Below are positions 39,618 through 52,966 of a DNA stretch of 64,000 nucleotides, piece by piece; positions within the stretch are counted from its first letter, which is position 1; each line of letters begins with the position of its first letter. The stretch comes from Girardia tigrina (Eukaryota): contig MQRK01230279.1 of assembly GCA_001938485.1 (NCBI GenBank), positions 144,700 to 208,699 on the forward strand. Reading direction: 5' to 3'. The position numbers and the translations under genes were made by a program. The notes under the pieces are model-generated. The model was not told the DNA's origin and made no database searches. It saw only the letters and a list, made by a program, of their open reading frames with translations.

Positions 39618-40125
39618 TGTGAGAATATTTTAAATTTAGTATGTTGAAATTGGTTTGTTGACATTTCCACGCTGAGTTTAGTATTTGAAAATGTGGTTTC
39701 CCCACCCAGATAGAAAACTTGTATTTAAGATGTTTGTGATAATTCGAGCATAATTTGCATTTTAAATTACATTGTATAATATTTAACAACTATTAAAATA
39801 TTATATTTTTAAAAGTTTGAATATTAAAAATTTAGGGTAAAGTAAATAATTTAAAACTGAATTTTAAAATCGATTAAATAAATATTTTTTTACAAAAAAT
39901 TAATAAAGAAATTATAAAATTAAAATTTTAAAAATAAAATCGGAAAATAATTTAAATGTATAAAAGGAAAATATTTTAGAATAATTGTTTAAAAAGATTC
40001 ATTAACAAAAATTTTATCAATTTAGCTAGATGTCAAACTACTAAAGTTTTGCTGAGAATTGTCCCAAAGACAATTCAAACTGTGATAAAAATAAAAGCTA
40101 GAAAAATTATATTGGTGTTCTTAAT
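39618..40125. mobile_element. Solo LTR-like repeat, copy 1 of 3
   Basis: TGTGAGAATATTTT...CCCACCCAGAT...GGTGTTCTTAAT. Flanks TCTCC/GCTCC. Homologous to 48152-48680 and 57067-57562. Confidence 0.8.
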
Positions 40126-40599
40126 GCTCCCATTGCAGAGGATTGTCACTGGTTTTTATGATTTCTATTGTATTAATTCAGAAAGGAACGATCATTAATT
40201 AAACTAGTTAGAATCTCAGTTTTCCTAATTTATTTCGAAATATATAAATTTTCAAATAAAACTATATATTTTTTTCATATTTTGTATAAAATATCATTTT
40301 TTATAATATTTACTACACACACACATATATATATGTCCACTACTATTACTTTTCGATCAATATTTATTTAACTTATCAAGAATTTTATAAAACTCATTCG
40401 CGTTTGAAAATTGAAATAAATCAAATGCAAATTAAATTCAGAGAAGTTAAATTGAAACAAATAACGCGTCCTTAATTCTAATTTTGATTACTGATGAATA
40501 TTTAAACTTATTCTTTATATTAATAACATTACAAAAAAATAAAACATAATAGTATAATTAATATAATAGCTTATATAATCTTATATTTATTATCTAGAA

Positions 40600-41171
40600 C
40601 TGATAATGGCATTTTTAATAATAATGAAAAGAAAGGCCATTTTTGAATATTAAATTTATTCCCAATACAAACGCGTTTCACCATTTCGGCATCTTCAGTG
40701 CAATGAAATAAAGTGATTAATTGCTATTTATATAGTTGAAAAACTATTACATCATACGTCTCAAAAACATGCTTTTTTTTCTTTTCTTTAAAAAAAAAGA
40801 AAAGTACTTTTAATGATATTTTAAAAAACTTTAATATGATTAGACGAATCACCTTGCACGTTTAAGCATGGTTTATGATGCTTTATTAACAATGCTTCGG
40901 CAATAATCCTTTCATAATTTGTGTCAAAATTATTTAAANNNNNNNNNNNNNNNNNNNNNNNNNNNNNNNNNNNNNNNNNNNNNNNNNNNNNNNNNNNNNN
41001 NNNNNNNNNNNNNNNNNNNNNNNNNNNNNNNNNNNNNNNNNNNNNNNNNNNNNNGATGACGACTTGTCTCTCCAATGTACAAGGCTTCGCACTTGTGACA
41101 TTTGAATTGATAAACTAGATTTGCCTTAATACACAAAGGAGTTTTTGATTTGTTGGAGAAATAGTTCCGGC
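40600..41171 (-). mobile_element. Penelope-like fragment (GIY-YIG plus pLTR)
   Basis: VYQFKCHKCEALYIGETSRH, EALLIKHHKPCLNVQ, downstream hammerhead. Confidence 0.9.
40663..40705 (-). ncRNA. Penelope pLTR minimal hammerhead ribozyme
   Basis: CATTGCA CTGAAGA T GCC GAAAT GGT GAAA CGCG TT TGTATTG. Confidence 0.82.
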
Positions 41172-42929
41172 ATATATATATTTTTAATTTAATAACTTTA
41201 AAAATTAAAAAAATATTAATTCACTTTATTTTCTTAATCTATTATATTAGTTTTTCGTTGAGTTTAGGTTTTTACCATCCTGAAATTGAAATATATCAAA
41301 AAAATATATCCTTCTCAATTTTGTTATTTAAAGTAGTTTTACTGATTTAATATTGAGTTAAGTTTCTGTAATCTCCGTCATTAATAGTCTTTCTTATTAT
41401 AACACAAATTTACCAACAACATTGAGAGTAATTTATTGAAATTAATGAAAATTTACTTCTAGCTCTAGAGTCTGATTGTGAGAGATTCACGGGGGAATTC
41501 TTTTCAAGTAAAGATTATGAAATATATTTCGGCACAACTATAGAAAAGTCTTATGTGAAGTAAATTTTATATATCTTCAATAATCAATAAAAATCTGTAA
41601 TTGAAAAATGAAGAATTTGAACTTATCTTGAGATTTAAAAATGGTCGTATATATTTGTTTGTAGTGTTCATTTAGGAAATTAAATTATCGTTTAAATAAC
41701 CGATTTCATGTTTTATTTCGACCAGTTCCTCAACTCACTTAATCCTTCATTTCTTGTTTCAATTTGTAGATAAACTGCAAAAGTTAAAATTAAAATATAA
41801 ATTTATTTAAGGATCATAATTTATATATAATTAAGTACTGTTTAAAGATCTTATATAATTTTAAAGATTTTAACCAAAAAAATATTTGGTTACTACTAAT
41901 AAAATCTTTGAAAAATAATTTTTTAACTGAAAGCACTAGAAGAAGTTTAAAATATTCAAACAATACCGTTTATATTAATGAACAAGAAAATACCGATTCC
42001 TTCATTTTTTTTAAATAAAAAGGGGAAAATTAAGTTAAATCAATTACAATTTGGTGGTACAAAAATTATTTCACCAACAGGGTATTTTTTTAAAATACTG
42101 ACTAGAGGAGCGGTAAATTGCTCCCCAGTCGAAGTCAAAACTGAGAGTCTAGAGGGGAACCCAGTTTTTTCGATCTACTTTGTCAAAAGATCGGTTTTTA
42201 AGAATCTAGACTGTATTAAATAAATTATAACAATGTGTTGATTTATTTTTATTCTCACAGGTAAATTTTTATTGTTTTTATCCAAAATCTACCATTTTAA
42301 AGCATTTAAGAAGAGTATTTGCAAAACATAGTGTCAATGAAAGGTATAATGATAGATCTATGATAAACTCTTTGTAATTAATACTTGCTTGAATATTAAA
42401 ATTAAACAAATAAAAGAAAAGTAATATTAAAAAAAGATTAAAGAAAAAAAAGATTAAATAACGTTAAATAATTAACAAATAAATAAATTTGAAATTTGAT
42501 TTGAATGTACAAAGAACTTTTTTTTTAAAAATAATTAAATTCGTGACTCATTTTAGTTATGTACACATTTTTACCGAATAATCGATTGTTAAAGGGTTTA
42601 GTTCATTTCTATTTTTACCCCTTAAAAAGTTATTTTATTGCCATATTACTTGTTCATTCCTAGTGAATATTTATTAAAAAGGGTTTATTGACAACATTAA
42701 TTATACTAAGTTAAAGTAAATATATAAATTTATCAATTTTAGTATGTTAAAATAATTATTTCATTATCTTACTTTAAATAAGTAACGTAAAAAACCGAAA
42801 AGAGGCAAAAGTAACAAACAAGAATTTTCATGAGACGTTCGAGCACGAATGATCCAAATTCTAATTAGATAGTAAATCGAGAAGTGAATTACCATAACAA
42901 TTTTATATTCTATTTTTGACAGTATTATA

Positions 42930-43140
42930 CATCATAAAAAAAGACAGAAATACCTGATGAAGTTCGACTTTAACTGATGGTGGAAGAAAAACCAAAACAA
43001 CCCCAAGGATTAGTAGAAAGATTGTTGAAAGATTTCTTCAAGGTCATCGCTTATATTACGTCAAAGTGACCGAAGACAAAAGAATTACAGGACGTTACTT
43101 TTTCATCACAAACGATCCAAAATAAGTTTCATGAAAAAAA
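42930..43140 (+). mobile_element. Highly degenerate Tc1-like transposase N-terminal fragment
   Basis: GGRKTKTTPRISRKIV resembles the Tc1 GRPRKTT.R.DRKI linker. No catalytic domain seen. Confidence 0.35.
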
Positions 43141-44074
43141 CCTTATTTGAGCATGGTTAATATTAAAAAAAAGTTTGGCATTAGCTAAAATGTTTTTCCA
43201 ACTTTAATAAATTAATTAAAGTTGCTTGATATTTTCAGGGATTGAGGTACCTAGAACTTCTGCAACAAATGTGAATAACAATACTCTATAATTCTGACAC
43301 TTCGCTTAAATAGTCACACGAAGCGATTCATAATTGTGACATTATCTTTATTTGTTCTCTCTAAGTTTTCCTTCTCAAAAGGTCACTTGACGTTCATTAG
43401 AACAATGTGCTTCTTATCATGGAAATAAACTTGCAGATCAACTTTAAGGTTCGATAGAACAAAGTAGTTGAATACGTTAATATTACTGTACTCCTGGATT
43501 TCAGTCTTAAAAACGTCGACCACTGAATAAAGAGGGACATTAAGATAGGACTAAAGAGTTCCACAGAGGGAAACCACATCAACTAGATCAGGATCAGCTC
43601 TTACAAATGAAAATCACCTGGAATCTGCAGCATATCTGAATAATATATGAGCGGCTGTGAAGGACAAAGTCTCATTCAAACTTCGTCAACCGACTGCCAA
43701 AAATAACTGAAGTCGAAAAGCCAGTATTACGTTAATGAAAATCTACCAGTACTAGGTTCTTTCATCCAGATAGAGCGATAAGAAAAAGAGATGCACTTGT
43801 AAAAGAAAACTGCAATTTTATTCTTGTCTTTGAAGGAAATGATAGATGACACCCGATAAAAGTCATTAGAAAGACTGATAGGGATACAAACAAATGGAAA
43901 ATGAACTCCAAAAGAAACTGGGATTTCATGATTCTTTTTCAAAACATAAATAACATGTTGAAGTTTATTCCACCAAGAAAAGATACATTATCTATAACCA
44001 TTGTTAATCCAACTGAAAATCCCTTCCTTGACAAAATTGTCAGGGGACGTCATCAGGTAATACAAGGGGTAATA

Positions 44075-44838
44075 CAGGGTGATCATAAAGTAATTACCAG
44101 GTTTTAAACTGCAATAACTTTTGAATTATATTGTATTTCTTTTTAATTATAAAGGCATCTTGAAGCTTATTCTTTAAAATTTAATTAAAAGTACATTTTG
44201 TTTAAATGTATTAATTATTGTTATAGTTTTAAGCATAAGATTCAAAATGGATGTAAATCAGCGTGTAAAAATTGTTATTTTATTTGCGAAGCATGAGTCA
44301 ATGACTTTAGTAAGAAGAGAACTTCAACGACTTAAATGGAAAAATATTCCAACCGAAAAAAGTATTAGAAGCATCTTCAAAAAAGTTAGAAGAAACAGGA
44401 AACGTTCTAAATGCCCCAAAATCTGGAAGACTACCAATTGATGATGAAAAGAAAAATGAAATAGCAGAACATTTTAAGCAAGAACCCCAGTCTTCTATCA
44501 GGAAGTCGTTGTCAACTCTGACTTGCTCTTATGGAACTGTTCAAAAAGTATTACGAAACGACTTAAAAATGTTTTCCTACATAATTCAAGTCACGCAACT
44601 TTTGTATGGAGAAGATTGCGCTCTTAGATGTGTTATGTGTGAAACGTTAATTCAATGGATAGATGCAGATGAAAATTCTCTTAGTAAGCTGATATTCTCT
44701 GATGAGTCAACTTTCCATCCTAACGGCATTGTAAACAGACATAACTATCGCATTTGGGGCACTGAAACACAAATCGTAACATATCAGAGGTCACAGGCTA
44801 GTAAAAAAGTTAATGTTCGGATAGGGTGGTCTTCAACT
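44075..44838 (+). mobile_element. Second, 3'-truncated copy of the rosa-type element at 25625
   Basis: Near-identical to 25625-26366 from the TIR CAGGGTGATCATAAAG. Ends at the Penelope fragment. Confidence 0.93.
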
Positions 44839-44839
44839 A

Positions 44840-45590
44840 ATTTAATTATTTAAATTAGATTAATTTTTTAAATCTAATGAAATTAATTTAATGAGATTAA
44901 TTTTTAAATACTAATTAATTAAAACGAAATCCGGATGATAATTTTCTTTTAAAAACAACACTCATCCATTAAAAAATATATTTATAGACAATATATTTCG
45001 ATGGATCTACCGTCATCTTCAGGTCACTAATTAATAATCAATTCACCTGTATATAAATACAAAAATGATGATTGTGTAATCGATTGCATGAAATCATGCT
45101 AATCAAAAATTCTCAATAAGCTGGTTGAGACTGCCGATTGAACATTGATTTTAGGGCAACGTGACCTAATTAGCAATGCTTCACACAACACTCTCTCCCA
45201 ATAACTATCAAAATGCTTACACAGAATTTTGAAATTATCAAAATTAACATCACATTTACATTTTTCCTATGTTCTGCAATATTACTCTTACTCTCTTTTC
45301 GACCATGCTGTTGAATTCGTTTACAGAGATGACTGGCAGTCTCTCCAATGTATGTGGCATCGCACCCATTACATTTATATTCATAAACAATATCAGAACA
45401 AAGTGTTAAAGGTGTAATAGATTTATTACTGAACATATTTTGAATTTTATGAGNNNNTGATATAATTTTTAAATTTAATTCATTGTTAGTTGCTTTTAAC
45501 AATGCATTTTTAAAGTTTTTAAATCCTTCAGAATAAGGTACAATTAAACAATATTTAGGCATATTATTAATATCTAATAATCCTTTATCG
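44840..45590 (-). mobile_element. Penelope-like fragment (RT thumb/linker, GIY-YIG, pLTR)
   Basis: IVPYSEG...VYEYKCNGCDATYIGETASHLCKRIQQH, EALLIRSRCPKINVQ, downstream hammerhead. Confidence 0.9.
44987..45025 (-). ncRNA. Penelope pLTR minimal hammerhead ribozyme
   Basis: GAC CTGAAGA T GACGG TAGAT CCATC GAAA TATA TT GTC. Confidence 0.8.
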
Positions 45591-48151
45591 ATTCAAAATC
45601 CGAAAGCAGTTGAAAGATTAACTCATAAACAAAAAGAATATGCTGTTTTTAGAATCGTTTTTATTTATCTGCATCGAAAAAAAGAATTCAAGTAATCGTC
45701 GAAACATTAACAACAATTCCAAACAAAGAAATGTTTTCTCGTTAAACGATTGATGGAAAAGATTTTTTCAAATAACCGAATTGAAGATTGAAAATCAATG
45801 AATATTTCAAATTCTTTTTCTCGATAATTTTCAATCGATAAATGATATGTTCAGATTCGTTTTAAAACATCATTTCCGTTTTGTGTGTTTAATGAACTGT
45901 ATGTAAATAAAAATTAAATATTAAAAAAAGGCATGTTTTTAAAAATAAAATCTAAAATTGATAACCACATCGTAGTAGTTTTAATGAAAACAATTTTGTT
46001 ATTCGTGGCCTTTTCTGATTGGTCGATTAATTTCAACGAATTTGTAAAATCGATTTTTTAATTGATTATTTTTTTGATAAATGCTGGTGCAATTGTGCTT
46101 TTGCTTTGAGAGTCGTCATTGTTTTTGATAATCTAAAATTTGGAAAATAAAGATTTTTCGAATTCTTTTTTTTCACAGAATGAACTGTTTTTCTGACGAA
46201 AGATGTTTAAATAATTAAATTTAATTTAAATTTAGTTCGACGAGAATGTGTTTTCTATAAGACTCTCCATTGTGAGAACATGATAAAAAGTGCAAAAAAA
46301 AGGTCAGAACTGCTGATTCTCGGTAGATCTGGCAGTGAAGAGACAATGAATTGTCAACAGTTAACGAGTCATACTTAGTGCAACTGTTGAAAAATTCAAA
46401 AATTAAAGTCTTTGCTTCTCGCTTCTCATTTTTGTTGTGGTGGTTATATCGATAGTTTGAATGTCGCCAAATTCATCCTCAATATTCATCGGAGAATTTA
46501 AAATCGAAACCATTTGGACACGTTTACTCAGCAAAGCTTAATTTTTTCGGAATTTCCGAACTGTTTCAGTCTGATAATCTTTGCTCAATTCCCGATAAGG
46601 CTTTCAAGAACGGTGTTCCTTTGCCACCGTTGTCAATTTGTACACGGTTAGAGTGTATATATCCTTGTTGGCTCGTTTGACTAGAGTCTGCTCTCGAACT
46701 GCATGAGGTAGAGGCCGCCGAGCATTCTCAATCGTGACTTCTCCAGTGGAGCAGCGTCGTCACCATCAACAAATCGTCAGGCCAACAGCAGTGATGGGTG
46801 TCGACAGTGTTCTTCTCGCGACTTGACTGCCCGAGTGAGAGAGTGTCAGAGACGGAGTGAAGATCGATAAAAGGGGTACGATAAAATTGTAATTTTGTTC
46901 CCAACGACCCTCACTTCACCCCCGGCTCCGGGGTGTCGCGGCCGCGCTGCGCTCGCTCTTCTTACAGGTTTAGACTAAATTACAAATTATAAGAAAATTT
47001 TTACTCCATGTTGAATAATAATTTTATACTTAATTCTCTAATTCCAATAAAGGGATTATATATAATTGCTTTTATTAGTTTAATATTTTAATAGTTTCTA
47101 TAGCTTTATCATAATACCAAAAGTATCAAAAAGTTTTTTCCAAACATAGAAAGGTAAAAATTAACATACAACGAAGTAATTTGACTATAGAGTGAAAGAG
47201 CAAAGACGGCTTATCGCCTCCTTGGCGCCACATAGTCGAATAAATCTCCTTCGACCAGGGCTGTGTTAAGAAAGCGTGTATAATTTTCAGTAAATATTTT
47301 TTTCGAAATATCTAATTTTTAATTCATTTTAACAAATCATTTCTATAAAGGACAAATAACGGATTTATTTTCTAATTATTGAATTTAGGATACAAGAATT
47401 GTGCAGTAATTAAAATTAATGGAAATAAATTATATTTAACTTTTAAATAAAATCCATTAAAATATTTAATAGAGTTCCTACAAGGAAAATTTATTGATTT
47501 TAATTTATTTACTTTAATTGTTATTATAAATTCAATAAAGATATTCTCATTTTCTAATTTTAGAGATAAAAAAGTACAAAATCTATCCATTAAAACATAC
47601 CCGATTCCATTTAATTTCATGAAAGTTAATTAAATTTATTAATTTCAGTTTGAAATTGATAAATTACAAATAATATTTGTTTTAATGTTTCATGAATTAA
47701 AATTATTTCTGATTTTTATCTCAATTAAACTTTTATTTATTATTTTTTATAAATAAATTTTTGGTAATTTTTTATTATTGTAATAATAATTTAAGTTGTT
47801 CAGAGATAATATAATATTTTAAAAGGGTTTAGATATTTGATTCAAGGTTTTCGTCCTGGAAATCGGTATTTAATAAGTAAAATATTTCAATATAACTTTT
47901 AACATGTTAAAACATATGTATTTGATTCTAAAAAAAGAAATATATAAGTATAAGTATTTGAGAAAAAAACTGTTGTGATTTTTATAGTATTAAACACTTT
48001 TTTTAATTTTCTGTTAAAAATTGAAGGGGTCGTTGTAAATGAGAAGTGTAAATAATATATTTTTAGTTGGTATCGATCAATTAGGCAAAACTTGCTGGTC
48101 TTTCTGACCTTTCAGAGTAGACTCTAACCCTGGATTGGGGATTACTGGTGG

Positions 48152-48680
48152 TGTGAGGAATATTTTAAATTTGGTATGTTGAAATTGGTTTGTTGAATTT
48201 TGTATGTTGAGTTTAGTATTTGGAAATGTGTTTCTCCCACCCAGATGGAAAATTGATATTTTGGATGTTCACGATAGATAATTATTCAAATAATTTGCAT
48301 TTTAAAGTGCAGCATAAGATATTTAAAAACATTAAAAATATTAAATCTTTTAAAATTTTCATATTAAAATTTAAAAAAAATAAATAATTTTAACTAAGTT
48401 TTGAATTAAATAAATGTTCCTTCTTTCAATAAAATATTTTTTAAATAAAATTAATATGTAAATAAAATTGATACTAAAATTACCAAATTTGAACTGTAAA
48501 AATAAAATCTGAAAATAATAAAAAATTTGTTCGAATAATTGTTTATTAACAAACATTAACAAAAAAATTATCAATTTAGAAAGATGTCGAATGACGAGAG
48601 TTTTGCTGAGAATTGTCCAAAAGACAATTCTGACTGTATTGAAAATAAAAGTTTGAAAACCCATGTTGGTGTTCTTAATA
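48152..48680. mobile_element. Solo LTR-like repeat, copy 2 of 3
   Basis: TGTGAGGAATATTTT...GGTGTTCTTAATA. Flanks GGTGG/AGTGG. Confidence 0.82.
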
Positions 48681-48914
48681 AGTGGTATTAAATTAATGAT
48701 GAACTAATTGCAAGTTATTCTAATAAGAAATGAATAAGCTAATTCAAAGAACTGCTTTCTATATGACATTTGCATTACAGGAAGAGTCAGAAAGAGATCA
48801 GGAAATGAATTCTTACATTCTGCATAAGAGTGGAAACAAGACTAATTTTCGGGGCGTTGAGTGTAAATGGCCCCAATTCAAGTTAATTAAATATATATAA
48901 TGTTAAGTCAATCA

Positions 48915-48958
48915 AAGTTTATTAATTTCGACGGTTTAACTGTCATCGTCAGAGCAAA
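48915..48958 (-). ncRNA. Orphan minimal hammerhead ribozyme (Penelope pLTR remnant)
   Basis: TTGCT CTGACGA T GACAG TTAAA CCGTC GAAA TTAA TA AAC. Downstream GGGGC/GCCCC hairpin like the 3' hairpins of the other pLTRs. Stem I is weak. Confidence 0.65.
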
Positions 48959-50688
48959 TGATTTTTCAAATTAAATTTACTTATCTAGTGCAGTTAAAAT
49001 AAATACACTTTGATTGCCTTGAAAATTTTTTATTTGATAAATTGCCAATTCTATTTAAATTTATTCACAATTAATTAAAAATATTTTGTTTTTTAAATAC
49101 TGTTAAATCAAATGGAACTAGTATAGATAATGCAAATATATTAATCAGAGAAAAAAAATCATTTCACTTTTATCATAAATTTTGAATTATTTAGGGATTC
49201 AACTCGCTTGTCTTCTGATATATTGATAGTACAGAACAATATTAACGAAACAAAAATAACAGTCTTAAAATATACTCTTTTTTTAAAAAAAAGTAAAGTC
49301 GATTGTATATTACATTCCATTTGTGTAGGATTTTCTATGACCTGCTCAATCCAAAATGTAGTGTCGAATAAGTAAATATTAAGTCCTTCTAACACTGCTA
49401 TGGATGATACTAATGTACTAAGGAAATAAACACGATAGTCAGAATTGAAAAATATTTTACGCTTAATTACTATGAAGAACTAAGTTTTTTTTTCAAATTT
49501 TTTACAATCTTTAAAATATTTTTTGAAAATTTATTCCCAGAAATGTAAGAAGTAATTTAATGCAAAATATTTAATTTGTAAGAATTAAAAGGAAGTAATA
49601 GCCTTTATATATTCATTAGAATATATACAATATCAAATAATTGATATGAAAAATAAAGTACATAAATAATATCGTAGAAATCAAACTTAATAATTTAACA
49701 TTTTAATAAATTAAAAGTTAAAATTACTTTTTATAAAATATCATTATTGTTTATGAAAACAAATTTGTTTAATTTTAATCAACACCTCTTTATCTTAATT
49801 TCTTTATTTTTCTAGTCATATCATATTTTGAAAATACTTTTTTAAATATGTCTATAAAATTAATTTTAATAATGTTGTTCACAGAAGTCAATCATAAATA
49901 TTCTGATTTACAAATGCTATTTTAGATTAAAAAATTCCATTAGGAACATTTAAAATTCACATTTAAAAATATTTTTAACCGTTTTAATAGAAATATTTTA
50001 CAAATTATTTTATCTCTTTTGATTTATATAGCGAAACAAGAATAAAAATGTGATAAAAGGTAATTTAATGAAAAAACGAATAGTTTCGTTCATAACAGTA
50101 TATTTTTTGAAATATAATCAATGAATTTAAATTTATTTCATATGCTAAATTATCGATTAAATGATTTATTACATTTCAAAGTACATAATTGGGAATTAAT
50201 TTCTTTGATTTTTAATAGATAATTAAAATTAAAGTTATTTTTTTAAATATTTCAAAACCATTTCAAGTAAATTGATTGTATGATATACTGATGACAAAAA
50301 GTAAATTAATAATAATGAATAACTCAAAAAATAGTAGTCAACTAAATTTGCATCAATCAAATGGCTAACAATTTCAAATTTTTGAAAAATTGGTTAAGGG
50401 ACATGTTCAACCGAAACTGGATGTACAGTACCACTTCTGAGTGCACTAGAATTGGTTTAGAGCCTTATTTAATAAGAGGTCTTACAATTTATTACAGAAT
50501 TTTGGTTTAATTTAAAGTTATTTTAGACTTTTTCATCTTAGATAGCAAAATGTTTTTGTGAACTACATTTTTCAAAAATTAATCAGTAATACAATGTTAT
50601 TTTTGATATTAACCTTAAAGTTTGAAAATTAAGAAAAAGAGTCAAATTAAGCTATAATGAATTAGGTATGAAGTAAATTACATGACAA

Positions 50689-51765
50689 GCTCTGATAAAG
50701 AAATTAGAAGCATTACCCAATATGTGCACGAGAACAGTACTAGACATCGACAAAAGAGAGAAAATCAGGATGGAGACAATTAGTATTGGACTTAGTCACC
50801 CAATGGACATCGTTGCCAGAAGACGGCTCCTGTTCCATGTTCCTCTGGCATCCGAGAAGGTCAGGAATGCGTACAAAGAATACTCTCAGGTACAATAGAG
50901 AGCGACTCAAAGATTGGAGGACGGAAAAAGCAAAAACTATCGGAATGCCTGCGAGTCGATGTGAAATGGCTGTTCGGAGAAACCGCCAGTCTCGACAGTG
51001 TTATTACTCTGCTATAGATTAATGCTCAACTCCGAATGCGATACAGACTCGATTATTTAATTCGCAATGCGAACACAATAGGAAAGAATACCACAGACTT
51101 GCCAAAACTAATCAATCCAAGGATGAATACAGTTCGTTGCCATCTCGAGAACTGTAACAAAGGATTTGCAGAGCAAAAAGGACTGAATCGTCATATTCGT
51201 GAGGATCACCAGAAAATTATACCGGACGCTGAAAAGAAAGCATATCAGTGTCAATATTGCTCAAAAAGCTACTACACTCAGGGGTGGTTAATAATGCATT
51301 ATCGGAATGATCATTCATCAGCAAACATTCCAGAAGAAACAGTTACCAATACTCAAAAGAAACGTCGCAAACCGCAGAAAGAAAGCAACATCAGAGAAAA
51401 TGAAGACTTACCAACAAGTAACAGCACATTTCAGGTACCAACCGTCGGTGCGAGCAAATCAACTGTTCCCCAAGAAGCGATCTCCTCAGAAGTACTGAGT
51501 TTCCGTCTAACAGACCAAACAGCAAAAGAAAACTCCAGATATCCCTTCGCTGGCTGCTCCAAGTTCACGGGATCGGCCAAAGCAATGTTAACCCATGGAA
51601 CATCCTACCTTCGTTGTTCGTTTCTCACTGTGGGACCAAAGAGAACTCGTAAGCGGAAGGCTCACGACCCCATAGGAGGCCTATCGGGGGCTGCTAGATT
51701 CTTTTGTTGAGTGGACCCTCTAAAGAGCCTACGGCTCAATACCATTAGAAAGAGATAGGAGGCCC
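50689..51765 (+). mobile_element. 5'-truncated RTE copy with C-terminal C2H2 zinc fingers and 9-bp TSD
   Basis: CHLENCNKGF...HIREDH, CQYCSKSY...HYRNDH, decayed YPFAGC...H. 3' end homologous to 13934-14000. TSD ACATGACAA at 50680-50688 and 51766-51774. No poly(A). Confidence 0.9.
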
Positions 51766-52966
51766 ACATGACAATTGTTGTATTTCAGTCATGTTTCTGA
51801 TTAAATGAAATTAATTAATTATTTTGAAAGAGGCCATAGTCATTTTTCAATTATTATCAGTTGGTGGTGGTTACGTATGTAATTTCCAGTTATTTATCAA
51901 TAAAGCATACCAGGTTACTTATTTTTCGAGTAGATTCGATAATTATGCACACAATTTTTCAGAGTATGTATATTTTTATTGCATTGAAACACTTAAACAT
52001 AAATATCTCAATTTAAATATAAATTGACTTAGGTCACTCAATATAAGCGGTTCATTTATTAAGCTTTTAGAAGGGGCTCAATTGAGTTTCTCAAATTCAA
52101 AATGTAAGAAAAAATAATACATTCAAATTTCAAATTAACTGAAAATTTATTCTGAGACTTTAGATTTTATTATAAGTTGGTTATTTTAGTTTCATATTTT
52201 ATAATTTAAAATATTTTCAATAATCTTTAAGGAACAATGTATTTAACTTATTCTCAACTTTAGTTAATGCCAAAGTACGTTTTGTGATTGTAAAACATCC
52301 GTATTTTTATCTCAAATTAGAATTTTTAAATAAAATTTTAGTTTAACTGATCATTATTAAAAGTTTCAAATCTAATAAATTTTCAATCAATTCGTGTATT
52401 TATTTTAAAGATTTGAAGCAGAGAATATTTTATTTTATAGAGAATATAATATTTTTATTAAGACTATTTTATTTTGTCGAACAATTTTTCTAAAGTCCCG
52501 ATTTTTTTAAGATACAAATTTTATTAAATAATATTGTTAATAAACCACTTAGCCAGGAGTAAGTGGTCTTAACAAATAATAATAAGGAATAGTATAAATG
52601 AACAAATAAAAACCGTTATTAGGCAAATTTATATTAATCGACAAATTATTCAACTGAAGGTTGAAAAGAAGAATACAAATTATTCATAAAACAGGTGTGT
52701 GAATAGGAAAAGTATAAAGAAAGTAATTACTTTTAATTCGATTATTAAGTTTCGGATTAATCAGGATTTTTCTGAGTTTGTTTGGATTGATGAAAATTAT
52801 TTTAATTCTTTGGTGGGATTTAATATTTGGGATTATCATAGTAGGAAAATAAATTCGAAATCATCTTATATTGATTGATATAAAAATTCTTCCAACGAAC
52901 TTTCTTCGAACTTTTATTTATAAAAAATATTTCAATATTCAATTATTCAATTAAATATTTGCTATA

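Noticed and set aside
43250-44060. Ancient LINE RT remnant on the minus strand
   Set aside because: Only faint motif echoes (DFSYFWQSV, FSPILMSLFI), too degraded to support.
47183-47277. Second HDV-like ribozyme (CGCC TCCTT GGCG core, GACTAT/ATAGTC helix)
   Set aside because: L3 too short, no GG for P1.1 after the helix, catalytic C absent (TTAA) and no associated retroelement.
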